From Octopus vulgaris (taxonomy: Eukaryota), in contig OX597843.1 of NCBI GenBank assembly GCA_951406725.2, forward strand, positions 4,402,001-4,466,000: 64,000 bases of DNA, in the 5' to 3' direction. The notes beneath the pieces were generated by a model. That model was not told where the DNA came from. It saw only the letters and a list, made by a program, of their open reading frames with translations, and searched no databases. Each line of letters begins with the position of its first letter. Position 1 is the first letter of the stretch. The position numbers and the translations under genes are program-made. This document shows, piece after piece, positions 42,056-56,316 of the stretch.

Positions 42056-42288
42056 CTGGGTGGACGGTGAAAGAAAATATCAGAGAATCTTTTTCAAGAG
42101 TTTATTTCTAATTTTTCAATTATCGTTATGCAGGTGTATTCTATCTTTCACCTTTTACTTGTTTCAGTCACTGAACAGTGGCCATACTGGAGCACTTCCT
42201 TGAAGGGTATTAATTGAGCAAACCAACTCCAGTACATTATCATCATCATCATTATTTAGTGTCTGTTTTCCATGATGTGAGCCTAACG

Positions 42289-42496
42289 ATAGGAGAAGCT
42301 TTGCAGCTGTGGGCCTCATGACAGGAGAAGCTTTGCAGCTGTGGGCCTCACAACAGGAGAAGCTTTGCAGCTGTGGGCCTCACGACAGGAGAAGCTTTGC
42401 AGCTGTGGGCCTCATGACAGGAGAAGCTTTGCAGCTGAGGGCCTCAAGACAGGAGAAGCTTTGCAGCTGTGGGCCTCATGACAGGTGAAGCTTTGC
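42289..42496. repeat. 32-bp minisatellite, ~6.5 copies, in CCDC74 intron 1
   Basis: Unit ACAGGAGAAGCTTTGCAGCTGTGGGCCTCATG. Confidence 0.95.
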
Positions 42497-43439
42497 GGGG
42501 AGACTGGAAAATGTAAAGATGTGCACGACCACCCTTGGACGGTTTTGAATGACCATAGAAAGTACGAGCCCTCTAACTGAAAAATTGTGGATTTGTATAA
42601 AGGACACACACACAGACAGACATTTTGCCGTTTATATATATAGAGATTGCGACTATACGTCAAAGGGCCAACCTTGTCCCATTCTGTGTCACGCTGAATC
42701 TCCCTGGGAACTATACTAAGAGTATGCATGTCTGTGGAGTATTCAGCCACTTGCACATTAATTTCACAAGAGGCTGTTCTGTTGATCGGATCAACTGGAA
42801 AATTTGTTATTGCAACCGACAGAGTGTCAGTTTTTTGTAAAGATACATGGCTTAGTGGTTAGTGCGTTCACCTCGCAATCACAAGGCCGTGAGTTCAATT
42901 CTCACTGGCAAGACACCTTTTCATGTTGGTCCACTCTTCTCAGCCTAACAAAATTTGAGTTGTAGCTGTAATTCAAAAGATCCAGCCCTTGTCCCATTCT
43001 GTGTTGTGCTGAATCTCCCTGAGAACTACATTAAGAGTAAGCATGTGTGAGGAGTACTCGGCCACTTGCATATTAACTTTATGAGTAGGCTGTTCTGTTG
43101 ATTAGATCAAGTGGAACACCCACCATCATTATCATCGACAGATTCGTCTGGCACCTGTGCTGGTGGCACGTAAAAAGCACCATCCGATCGTGGCCGTAAA
43201 AAGCACCATCCGATGTGGCCGTTTGCCAGCCTCCCCTGGCACCTGTGCCGGTGGCATGTAAAAAGCACCCACTACACTCATGGAGTGGTTGGCGTTAGGA
43301 AGGGCATCCAGCCGTAGAAACTCTGCCAGATCAGATTGGAGTCTGGTGCAGCCTTCTGGCTTCCCAGACCCCAGTCGAACCGTCCAACCCACGCTAGCAT
43401 GGAAAGCGGACGCTAAACGATGATCATGATGATGATGAC

Positions 43440-44020
43440 TATAATAATAATAATGAAATTATTGTATACAGTGCTCAGGTGCCCCACAACTTGTCAAAAG
43501 TGTGTATAAAGCATATGCAGTGATGTAGAAATGTCTGGGAAGTGAACAATGCATGAGTCAGATACATGCTTGTGTGTGTATGGAGGGGAGAAGATCAGGT
43601 GTAGTGTTGGCGAATCTAAGGAAGCATGGAAGTTTTGAAGGATGCAGTGCTCCGACAACTAACAACTGATGCCGGCAGTTTGTTCCATGCTTCAGCGTGT
43701 GTATGGAGGGGAGAAGATCAGGTGTAGTGTTGGCGAATCTCAGGAGGCATGGAAGTTTTGAAGGATGCAGTGCTCCGACAACTAACAACTGATGCCGGCA
43801 GTTTGTTCCATGCTTCAGCGTGTGTATGGAGGGAGAAGATCAGGTGTAGTGTTGGCGAATCTCAGGAGGCATGGAAGTTTTGAAGGATGCAGTGCTCCGA
43901 CAACTAACAACTGATGCCGGCAGTTTGTTCCATGCTTCAGCGTGTGTATGGAGGGGAGAAGATCAGGTGTAGTGTTGGCGAATATCAGGAAGCATGGAAG
44001 TTTTGAAGGATGCAGTGCTG
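43440..44020 (-). mobile_element. CR1-type 3' end with a 123-bp segment tandemly repeated ~3.6 times
   Basis: Unit landmarks at 43581, 43704, 43827 and 43949; same family as 27.5-28.5 kb. Confidence 0.8.
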
Positions 44021-44037
44021 TTTTCGTGTCCACTTAC

Positions 44038-44150
44038 CTGGTCGTGTCCAAAGTGTTTAACCGTGTCCAGTGTGGTAACTTAGTTCGTGAAGGGAGATGA
44101 TGGTCAACCATTCCGCTGTCGTTCTCTTCCACAACATTCTTATGTAGCAT
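44038..44150 (-). CDS. CCDC74: CCDC74-like gene, coding exon 1 (MLHKNVVEENDSGMVDHHLPSRTKLPHWTRLNTLDTT)
   Basis: Ends in a perfect donor CAG|GTAAGT, phase 2, matching the next exon. The start ATG at 44150 is inferred. Confidence 0.7.
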
Positions 44151-45319
44151 CCTGGCTTCTAGTGCCGGTGGTGGTGGCGTTCTTCCTGTTGGTAGTGGCG
44201 GTGGTAGCCCTAGAGTTGCTGGTGGTATCGGTCGTTGTCGTGATGGTGATGGTGTTGCTATTGTTGTTGTGGTGGCGGCGGTGGCAGTGTAGGTATGGGT
44301 GTTAGTGGTGCCCGTGTTCGTAGCTGTGGTGTTGCTGTTGTTGTTACTGTTGCAGTAGAGGTTGTAGTGGTAACAGTGGTATGGTTGTTGCTGTGTTCGT
44401 GGTTGTGGTACTGCTGCTGATGGTGGTGGCTGTCTTGGTTGTAGTGCAGCCAGTGTTGGCAGTGGTTGTGCTGTTGTTGTTGTTATTGTTGTTGCTGTTA
44501 ATAGCTGTAGTTGCAAGGTTACCAGTGCTGGTGTTAGTATTGGTTATAGCGCCAGTGGTGATTGCAACAGTGATAGTAGTTGTGGTGGTGTTGGTGGTAG
44601 TAGTGATGGTACTGATAATTGTGGTGGTAGTAGTGATGATGGTTGTAGTGGTAGAAGTGGTGATTGTTGGGGGTGGTGGTGGTGTCCTTAAGGGTATTGG
44701 TAATGCCGTTAGCGGTGATAGTCCGTGTTAGTATGGGCTGTAGTTGTCGTGTTGGTAGTCGCCGCTCGCACCACTCACATCACATCAGTCTCCTGTATCA
44801 AACAACAACAACAACAATATTTTCATCAATAAACAAAGTACCAGTAAAATACTGGGGCTGATTTAATCAACATCCCCCTCCCCTCAAAATTAATGCTCTT
44901 GTGCCAAAATTACAAACAACTATTTTAATTATCATTATTATTATTAGCAGTATCGCCCGGCGTTGCTCGGGTGTATTTCGACCCTTTAGAATTGGAATTT
45001 TTGGAAAAGTAAAAATTTTACATTATGTAGCTTGTTATTCTCTTTAAGTGAACATTTTTCTGGTTGAAATACACCGAAAAATGGCGACACAGCACTTGAA
45101 AAATCGTAAAAAATAGGGATTTTCATAGAAAAAAAGGCACCTTTTTGATGTAAATAATTTTTGGTGTTAACATGGTCCGATTTGAATTTTTTCTTCTACA
45201 GAAATAAGAGCAAGCCTTCTTCTATCATACTCTCAATTTTGGTCTTTTATAGGACAACTAGCAGTATCGCCCGGTGTTGCTTGGGTTTATTCTATCATAC
45301 TCTCAATTTTGGTCAACAT

Positions 45320-45602
45320 ATAGCTACACTGTTACACAATTTCTTTACCTTTGCAAAACTGATCAAAGAGGAAAAGGATCCCATCACCTTTAAACGGAGT
45401 CTGGACAAATTTCTTCAAGGAATACCAGATAAGCCACCCATACCTGGATACAACTCACTCAACAAGAACTCCTTACTTGAATGGACCATGATACCACAAA
45501 ACTTGACTTAAAATGGATTTAGATAATCCTATCAGGTGGTGCTATTGAGTTAGACATGGCCTGGACCACTCTATCTAAGTTTATCTAAGTTTATCTAAGT
45601 TT
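45320..45602 (+). mobile_element. CR1/L2-group LINE 3' fragment with (TATCTAAGTT)n tail
   Basis: FKRSLDKFLQGIPDKPPIPGY...NSLLEW* followed by three 10-bp tail repeats. Confidence 0.6.
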
Positions 45603-45845
45603 GAAAAATAGGATAAAATCTTTATAAGAATTTATCAAGTGGTTAGCATGAAAAAACCTCATAAGGGAAAAATCCAAAAATTTTTCTCTTAAATATATAT
45701 TTTATACAGAGGGCATTACATAAATGCCACATGCTTGGAGGGACTCTTAAAGTCAAAACTACCATTTGGTAGTTTTGACTTTAAGAGTCCCTCTATCATG
45801 TGGCATTTATAAATAGTAATGCCCTCAATATTAATAAGTTAATAA

Positions 45846-45886
<41 letters not shown>

Positions 45887-48110
45887 TCTAAAAATTGTAC
45901 CTGAAGATGAGGAAGAGGAAGAACTGAGTGAAGTAAGTACAGCAATTCAATATTGATTGTGTCTGTCGGTGACTGGCATCCGTTGCTAGTGGAGCACTAA
46001 GAGTACCATACGAGTGAGATCGTCGCCAGAACAACAAGCTGGCCTTCGTGCCGATGGCACGTTAAGCACACCATTCAAGCGTGATGGTTACCATGTCGCC
46101 TTACTAGCACTTGTGCTGGTGGCATGTGAAACATTCGAGCGAGGTCGTCGCCAGTGCCACTGGACTGGCTCCTGTGCAGGTGGCACGTAAAAAGCACCAT
46201 TTGGGCGTGGCCGTTGCCAGTACCACCAAACTGACCCCCGTGCCGGTGGCATGTAAAAGCACCCGCTACACTCTCAGAGTGGTTGGCGTTAGGAAGGGCA
46301 TCCAGCTGTAGAAACACTGCCAGATAAGACTGGAGTCTGGTTCGCCAGACCTCTGTCAAATCGTCCAACCCATGCTAGCATGGAAAGCGGACGTTAAATG
46401 ATGATGATGATGATGATTGTTTGTATGTGAAATGCATGTATATATATTATCATTATACCTGTATTTCGAAGGGCTAGTCTTGTCACATTCTATATGACAC
46501 TAAATCTCCCTGAGAACTAAGTTAAGGGTATTTGTGTCTGTGGAGTGCTCAGCCACTTGCACATTACTTTCATGAGCAGGCTGTTCCATTGATCGGATCA
46601 ACTGGGACCCTCGTTGTCGTAACCGACAGAATGCGAGTTGTAAGCCAGCACAGAAGCGTATGGTCGATGCAACTAACACAAGGTATGTTTGATTACATAG
46701 ACATGCTGGTGCATGTTCCGCTGCAGGTGGAGGTAACAGCAAAATGATGAACTAGGAACAGGTAAGAAGGTACCAATAATGCTTTTCAGTTTCTGGGGTT
46801 GATGAAATTGTCTAAAGCGCTTACCTTCAAAAATGTTGGTCTTGTGTCTAAATTGGAAACCACTATCAGCATCAAGGGTCCAGTATGACTTGTAGAGAAC
46901 CTACAAGAAATATATAAATACAGGAGTATAAGACCATACTTCCATCTTGGCAGTTTCTATCATTTAGTTTGGTGGTCAACAAGGAATTTTTTTTTTTCCT
47001 GAAATCAGTCTTATATCATAAAAGAGAAGCCTATCTCTGTCTGTGTGTCTGTCAAAAGATATACGTGAAGGGGCGGAAAAGGGGTGATAACCCTGTTACA
47101 ACATATATTTAGAAGGAGGGAAGACATGTAGGAGAAAAGTTGTTGAAAGTGATAGAGAGTGTGTGAAAGATAGATAGATAAGTAGTGTTGCCACCATAAT
47201 AACTAACAAAACCATGGGAATTTTAAGTGCAAGTCTATCAACACAACACAACACAGACTAAAAAAAGAAAAACTTTCACTTTATAACAATATAGAGTTAT
47301 TTGTTGGTTGTTTGTGCGAGTGTGTGTATTTCTGCATGTGTACTTGTGTGTCTCTGTATGTCTTTCAAAACATAGACAACGCAACACAGACTTGACAACC
47401 GATGCTGGTGTGTTTACGTCCCCGTAACTTAGCGGTTCGGCAAAAGAGGGCCAATAGAATAAGTACTAGGGTTGATTTGGTCGACTAAAGGCGGTGCTCC
47501 CGCATGGCCACAGTCAAATGACTGAAACAAGTAAAAGAGTGACATTGTTTTCCTTATCTCCATTCCAATAATGGAGCTTTGTATCTTTGATAGAAACCAG
47601 CTTCTTCATCAGCGGAAGAATTTAAATAATCAAAAACAGAAGAGAACATACATACATATGTGTGCATACATACATACATACGTACATACATACATGCATA
47701 CATACACACCTACATACATGCATACACACACATACATACATGTATATACATACATGCATACACACACACACACATATATATACATACATGCATACACACA
47801 CACACACACATATATATATACATACATGCATACACACACACACACATATATATACATACATGCATACACACACACACACATATATATACATACATGCATA
47901 CACACACACACACATATATATATACATACATGCATACACACACATACATACATGCATGCACACATACATACAGATACATACATACATGCATGCATAGACA
48001 CACATACATACAGATACATACATACATGCATACACACACATACATACATGTACATACAGATACATACATACATGCATACACACACATACATACATGTATA
48101 TACATACATG

Positions 48111-48152
<42 letters not shown>

Positions 48153-48565
48153 CATACATGCATACACACACATACATACATGCATGCACACATACATACA
48201 GATACATACATACATGCATGCATAGACACACATACATACAGATACATACATACATGCATGCATAGACACACATACATACAGATACATACATACATGCATA
48301 CACACACATACATACATGTATATACATACATGCATACACACACACACACATATATATACATACATGCATACACACACATACATACATGCATGCACACATA
48401 CATACAGATACATACATACATGCATGCATAGACACACATACATGTACACACACATACATACATACATACATACACACACATACATGTACACACACATACA
48501 TACATGCATACATAGATACATACATAGATACATACATACATATGTGTGCATACACATGTACATGC

Positions 48566-48688
<123 letters not shown>

Positions 48689-49013
48689 TCATCATCACTG
48701 TTAACGTCTGTCTTCCATGCTGGCAAAAGTTGGACAGTTTGAAGGAAGCTCGCCATACACACAACTCGTTTTTGACCCCCATCATTGCTTGACAACCGAT
48801 GCTGGTGTGTTTACGTTCCCGTAACCTAGCGGTTCGGCAAAAGAAACCGATAGAATAAGTACTAGGCTTACAAAGAATAAGTCCTGTGGTTGATTTGCTC
48901 GACTAAAGGCGGTGCTCCAGCATGGCCACAGTCAAATGACTGAAGCAAGTAAAAGAGTATATATAATATATATATTATACACACACGTAGATATAGATTA
49001 CATATATATAAAT

Positions 49014-49053
<40 letters not shown>

Positions 49054-49429
49054 ATTATATATACATACATTATGCACACACACACACATACAGAGCGCTC
49101 CATTGACTGGATCGTTAGAGCGTTGTACAAAAATGTCTTGCGAAATTTGTTCCGGCTCTTCGCGTTCCGAGTTCAAATCTCGTCGATGTCGATTAAGAGT
49201 GAAATAATAAAAGTCCCATTCTAGGTACAAGGGACACCCCGCACTCTCTCTCTCTCTCTCTCTCTCTTTCACACACACACAGAGATACACACGCGTACAT
49301 ACACACGCAAACAATCTGCAAGGAAGGGCGTTAAAGGGCCGCTTTTAGCCAGTAAAGAACCTTCTTTTCTCTCTCTCTCTTCAAGACAACCATTTTCCTT
49401 GTATCGTTGTATCTAGAAGCCTGATCATC

Positions 49430-49501
<72 letters not shown>

Positions 49502-50000
49502 ATATTTAGCAGAAGTAACAGAGTGACTGGAAGTTCGAGGGTTTCGTGCGTTGGCCCTAATCAAACTTTGATAAGGGCCAACGCACGAAACTCACAGGCC
49601 TTGAGTCACTCTGTTACTTCTGGTAAATATCAATAAAAAATATACACCTATCCATATTTCGCATTCTATTTTACCTGTTTGCATCGACATACCTGTGTAT
49701 GTGTATGTATGTATATATATATGAGGGTTTTAGTTTACTGGTGATCTAAACGAATAGGTACGCTATGTAAGGGCTATAATTGGTCACACGTTAGGTTCCA
49801 GGTTCACAGCTGAGGCTGGAGTTATGGATCCGTATTAGGCTTCCGTGTTAGCGAGTATGTATTATATTAGAGGGAAAAGGTCAATAAAAACCAAGGCAGG
49901 GCGAGTATCTCAATTCATTTAGAATAATTTAGTTAATTAAATTATTATAAATGACTTGAGATATTCGTCCTGCTTTGGTTTTCGTTGCTCATTTCCTCCA

Positions 50001-50038
<38 letters not shown>

Positions 50039-50106
50039 CCAGAGAGAGAGAGAGAGAGAGATAGATAGGTAGGTAGGTAGGTAGGTAAGTAGGTAGGTAG
50101 GTAGAC

Positions 50107-50169
<63 letters not shown>

Positions 50170-50313
50170 CAGATAAGATAGACAGATAGATAGATAGATA
50201 GATAGATAGATAGGCAGATGGATGGATAGATAGAGATAGATAGATAGAAAGATAGATAGATAGATAGATAGGTAGGTAGATAGACAGATAGATAGATAGG
50301 TAGGTAGATAGGC

Positions 50314-50387
<74 letters not shown>

Positions 50388-50899
50388 AGCAGTGTTAAAT
50401 GAATTTGGTTAACTATATCCAACAATCCGATCCCTATAAATACAAGAAGATTAAACATCGAAGGTAATTCTTCATGTTTGACAAGTAAATTCAAATACCG
50501 TTTAGGATTTCAATAAATTCGGAGTATAAGTCAAGAAGAAGAAGAATGAATAAAATCGATTTTAAATTGGTGATCAAACCATACATTACCTATGATTGTC
50601 TATATTGTGCCTGGATATTTAGACAGAGAAAAATAAGGTATAAAATCTGAATGTATATGCTAACAGAAACGTTATCAAGACAATCCAAAATGGGTTAGAT
50701 TCAAAGTGAAATAAGAAAATATCTCTCATAGATGAACGCATAGATGTATAGATTTATTAACAACTAGAAATGACTCATTCATTTTTTCAGGTCGTTCGAT
50801 TTTGATCAATTTCTCTCAAGTGATCAATGGGCCGATCGGGGTAAAACCTATCAACAAACGAACCTATAATGATAACTGGAAACAGACGTATGTGAAATT

Positions 50900-50944
<45 letters not shown>

Positions 50945-51499
50945 ATATATATGTATATATATATATATATATATGTATGTATATATATATGACTCTGTGT
51001 AAAAAGCAGTATACATGGGAACACGACCAGGGATTTACTGCACAGAATGGTGTGTAACCTCGGGCCCTGCAACAAGAATACGCGAAGATCTTTCGTGCCC
51101 TAACAGGGAGCTTTATAAAGGATTTTGCCCAGATTGATAACCCCTCACTAATAACTCCGTTATATATATATATATATGTGTGTATGTATTTATGTATGTG
51201 TGTATGTATGTATGTATGTATGTATGTATGTATGTATGTATGTATGTATGTATGTATGTATGTATGTATGTGTGTATGTATGTATGTACTTTGTTTTTTC
51301 GTTGTTAAAAAAGTCCGTTTCCTTGTTTGATTTTATGTTTTCGTCTCTCGTTGTGTTCTACGTTTATTTGTGGTGTCCTGTACTCATATATGCATGTATA
51401 TATACATATAGATGTAGGTATGTACATATATGTATGTATGTATGTATCTATGTATGTATGTATGTATGTATGTATGTATGCGTATGTTTTATTTATTAA

Positions 51500-51540
<41 letters not shown>

Positions 51541-51777
51541 GTGTGTGTGTGTATGTTTGTATGTATATATATATATATATATTTATATATTTATTTATTT
51601 ATATATATATATATATATGGAAAGCGAGGATGAAAGGCGAAGTCGACTTTGCCTTTCGTCCTTTCGGGGGTCGATAAATAAAGTTCGGGTCGATGTAATC
51701 GACTTAATCTCTTTGTCTGTCCCTTTGTTTGTCCCACCCCTCCCTCTATGTTTAGCCCCTTGTGTGGGCAGTAAAAG

Positions 51778-51822
<45 letters not shown>

Positions 51823-52183
51823 GAAGCGATGATGAGACGAGAGAGGTACAGACCTGAAAATGCGAAGGGGTGACCCACCGGTCATTTCCGCCGATGTGAA
51901 AGTCTGTAGTAAATCTCTGAATTCCTTGGCGGCGGCGGTGGCGGCGGTGGCGATGAAGTCGGATTGTTTTTTTTTTGTTTTTTATTTGTTTTTTTCCCCC
52001 CTGTGGTCGTAGTGGTAGTGGAAGTTGTAATAGATAGAGATAGTTGTTGTGGTGGCGGTGGCGGTGGTGGTGGTGGCGGTGGTGATGTTGTTGGTAGTCA
52101 CGACATAAGACGGTAGTGATGATAGTGGTGGTGGTGGTGGTGGTGATAGAAGCTGGGAATGGAGGAGGCGGTGGGGATGGTGT

Positions 52184-52237
<54 letters not shown>

Positions 52238-52603
52238 AAATGGAGATGATGGTGGTGGTGTTAGCAACAGCAGTAGTAATAGTAGTAGTAGTAGTAGTAG
52301 TAGTAGTAGAAATGGAGATGGTGGTGGTGGTGGTAGTGGTGAGGGTGGTAATGTGGGGGATAGTGATAGTAAAAGCGGTAGTGGTGGTCGCGGCGGCGAC
52401 GGCGGTGTTTATAGCGATGGCAATGGCGAAGCGATTTGGTTGCTTAGTAACGATGTCATATAGAGTTATTTCCCCTTAGCAAAATTTTGTTTGTTTTTCG
52501 ATTTTTCACTTTCTCTTTTATAGAATCGCTAAAAAAGAAGCGTCTTTAGTTTGAAAATGTAACCATCGTGAATTAAGCTTCCTCCTCTGATACATCTAGG
52601 GGA

Positions 52604-53425
52604 TCTTTTCGGTTTGACCGGCAGTTTTTTAAAATAATTTCCACGTAACTAAACACTTTTAATCTTTGTATACTGGTAGAATGTGTCAAAATAAAACATT
52701 TTTTCCTCTTGGCTTTATTGAGAAAATTCTATAGGCGCAGGAGTGGCTGTGTGGTAAGTAGCTTGCTAACCAACCACATGGTTCCGGGTTCAGTCCCACT
52801 GCGTGGCACCTGGGGCAAGTATCTTCTACTATAGCCTCAGGCCGACCAGAGCCTTTTGAGTGGATTTGGTAGACGGAAACTGAAAGAAGCCTGTCGTCTA
52901 TATGTATGTATATATATAAGTGTGTGTGTATATGTTTGTGTGTCTGTGTTTGTCCCCCTAGCATTGCTTGACAACCGATGCCGGTGTGTTTATGTCCCCG
53001 TCACTTAGCGGTTCGGCAAAAGAGACCGATAGAATAAGTACTGGGCTTACAAAGAATAAGTCCTGGGGTCGATTTGCTCGACTAAAGGCGGTGCTCCAGC
53101 ATGGCTGCAGTCAAATGACTGAAACAAGTAAAAGAGTAAAGAGTTTGTACGATATTTGTTGTTTTTTTTTCTTCAATCTCTGCAATTTCAGCCAATCAAT
53201 GACGTCTATTGAGGTAAAAAAAACATTCTGTGCCGTATGAATATGTCCCTCGTTTAAGAAACAGATTGGGTTTATTTATATTTCTGAAGAAAAAAAGATA
53301 CCCTTCCCCCACCCCTAACCCTAAAACAGATTGAAATGCAATAGATCGATACTAGGGTCATAATTATGGGTGACAATTTCACATGACACCGCTAGAAAAA
53401 AAAACTGCCGGTCAAACCGAAAAGA
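52604..53425. mobile_element. Non-autonomous DNA element with 27-bp perfect inverted repeats
   Basis: TCTTTTCGGTTTGACCGGCAGTTTTTT at 52604-52630 and its reverse complement at 53399-53425. Partial copy at 38821-38935. Confidence 0.75.
52734..53143 (+). mobile_element. Full-length SINE family A copy nested in a TIR element
   Basis: Head GGCGCAGGAGTGGCTGTGTGG through tail GTAAAAGAGTAAAGAG. Confidence 0.88.
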
Positions 53426-53882
53426 AGCGAGGCAAGATTGGAAAAAAAAAAAGCCAAACTTGTTATCTTCCCTGTAATATATTTTGTCTTTTACTTATTT
53501 CAGTCATTTGACTGCAACCATGCTGGGGCACTCTTGAAGAATTTTCAGTAGAATGAATTGATCTCAGTACTTACTTATTCTATCAGTCTCTTTTGCTGAA
53601 CCACTAAGTTACGGGGATGTAAACACACCAACACCAGTTGTCAAGAGGTGTGGGGGGGTACAAACACAGACACAAAGACACACACATGTAGATACATACA
53701 TGTATGCACACATACATACATGCATATATGATGGGATTCTTTCAGTTTCCATCCCCCTAATCCACTCACAAAGCTTTAATCAGCCCAAGGCTATGGTAGA
53801 AGACATTTGCCCAAGGTGTCACGCAGTGGGACTGAACCCTGGACCTTGTGGTGGGGAAGCAAGCAAACCCTAACCCTAACCT

Positions 53883-54286
53883 GTTTCTTTATTACCCACA
53901 AGGGGCTAAACACAGAGGGGACAAACAAGGACAGACATAGGTATTAAGTCGATTACATCGACCCCAGTGCATAACTGGTACTTAATTTATCGACCCCGAA
54001 AGGATGACAAAGTCGACCTCGGCAGAATTTGAACTCACAACGTAACGCAGACGAAATACCTATTTCTTTACTACCCACAAGGGGCTAAACATAGAGGGGA
54101 CAAACAAGGACAGACATAGGTATTAAGTCGATTACATCGACCCCAGTGCATAACTGGTACTTAATTTATCGACCCTGAAAGGATGAAAGGCAAAGTCGAC
54201 CTCGGCTGAATTTGAACTCACAACGTTACGCAGATGAAATACCGCTAAGCATTTCGCCCGGCGTGCTAACGTTTCTGCCAGCTTGC
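53883..54286 (-). mobile_element. SINE family B tandem dimer inside a family A copy
   Basis: Two units plus head, flanked on both sides by CCCTAACCCTAACC. Confidence 0.8.
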
Positions 54287-55056
54287 CCTAACCCTAACCA
54301 CACAGCCATGCCTGTATATCTCACACACAACATCTATAAGCAATTTCATCTCAGATAAAAAAAACTGCAGTATCTTGCCTGTTAACAGTGTACATACGTG
54401 GATGGCTGTTTTATTCTGAATGCTTCTTCAAATATTTCTCCATTGTTTTCTTGTATTCTTTTCATTTTCTATCAGTCATTTCCTCCCAATCTTCTCCATT
54501 ATTTTCACTCATTCACTTCCAAGCCGCAATTATTTCTTCTGTTCCTTTCTGTTTGTAAAATCCCTTTTTCTCTCTCAATCAAATTATGCCTCCATCTCTT
54601 CATCTACCATCATCTCCTTACATTACTTTAATATTGTACACAAATTTTTTTTTCACATTAAATCACTAATTACCTTCCTCTCTTCTAGACCTTTGTTTTT
54701 TTCCCCACCTCCCCTCTCTTACTCATACAATTTCTTCCTCTCTCATTCTTTTCCCTACCCCCACCCATATCTGTTCCCATGACTACATCACAAGCCACTG
54801 ATTTTCACTCTGTCAATCTCCCACCAATCTACTTATCTATCTAATCCATTCCCTCCTTATAACACGGTCTTTCTCTCTCGGCACAGCCACTGCTTTCTCC
54901 TTCCACATTTTATAGTGGTGATAGAAAGCTGCAAATCAATAACACATAAAGTGAATATATGATTGACATTTTACATGCAGAGAGACAATTAATCATTGCT
55001 TTTTCACTCCTTGCAAAGTTCTTTCTCGCTGGCTGTCTTGATATTGCATGTAATGG

Positions 55057-55441
55057 GATGGGAGCACTCCGTTGGTTATGACGACGAGGGTTCCGGTTGA
55101 TCCGATCAACGGAACAGCCTGCTCGTGAAATTAACGTGTAAGTGGCTGAGCACTCCACAGACACGTGTACCCTTAACGTAGTTCTCGGGGATATTCAGCG
55201 TGACACAGAGAGTGACAAGGCCGGCCCTTTGAAATACAGGTACAACAGAAACAGGAAGTAAGAGTGAGAGAAAGTTGTGGTGAAAGAGTACAGCAGGGAT
55301 CACCACCATCCCCTGCCGGAGCCTCGTGGAGCTTTTAGGTGTTTTTGCTCAATAAACACTCACAACGCCCGGTCTGGGAATCGAAACCACGATCCTACGA
55401 CCGCGAGTCCGCTGCCCTAACCACTGGGCCATTGCGCCTCC
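55057..55441 (-). mobile_element. SINE family C full-length copy with 11-bp TSD
   Basis: TTGCATGTAAT at 55044-55054 and 55444-55454. Confidence 0.85.
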
Positions 55442-55737
55442 ACTTGCATGTAATAGAGGTTAATACTAACTTAAGTGTTTGCATTTATTACAAGAAATCT
55501 TGCGTCTTTCATTGGTTTCTGTCATCAGGCTGTGGCCATGGGGAATTTTCAGCCAAATGAATCAGTCCCAGTACTTTTTTTTTAAAGCCTGGTACATATT
55601 CTATTGATCACTTTTGCTGAACTGCTAGGTTATGGAGATGTAAATACATCAGTTGTCCAGTGATGGTGGGTGTCATCTTCACACCAAATGGGAATTGAAA
55701 CCACGATCCTCTGACCGCAAGTCCACTGCCCTAACCC

Positions 55738-56316
55738 ATTTCTTTATTGCCCACAAGGGGCTAAACATAGAGGGGACAAACAAGGACAGACATAGGTATT
55801 AAGTCGATTACATCGACTCCAGTGCGTAACTGGTACTTAATTTATCGACCCCGAAAGGATGAAAGGCAAAGTCGACCTCGGCGGAATTTGAACTCAGAAC
55901 GTAACGGCAGACTAAATACCTATTTCTTTACTACCCACGAGGGGCTAAACACAGAAGGGACAAACAAGGACAGACATAGGTATTAAGTCGATTACATCGA
56001 CCCCAGTGCCTAACTGGTACTTAATTTATCGACCCCGAAAGGATGAAAGGTAAAGTCGACCTCAGCGGAATTTGAACTCACAACATAACGGCAGATGAAA
56101 TACCTATTTCTTTATTACCCACAAGGGGCTAAACAAGGACAGACATAGGTATTAAGTCGATTACATCGACCCCAGTGCGTAACTGGTACTTAATTTATCG
56201 ACCCCGAAAGGATGAAAGGCAAAGTCGACCTCGGCGGAAGTTGAACTCAGAACGTAACGGCAGACGAAATACCGCTAAGCATTTCGCCCACCGTGCTAAC
56301 GATTATGCCAGCTCGC
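55738..56316 (-). mobile_element. SINE family B tandem trimer
   Basis: Three ~180-bp units plus head, inserted in the head of a family C fragment. Confidence 0.8.

Noticed and set aside
51075-51125. Further hammerhead-like remnants (also ~15955, 45900, 63253)
   Set aside because: Only half of the core is present or it is too mutated to call.
55370-55441. tRNA-like sequences here and in other SINE heads
   Set aside because: They are 5' parts of multi-copy SINEs and lack a clean cloverleaf.
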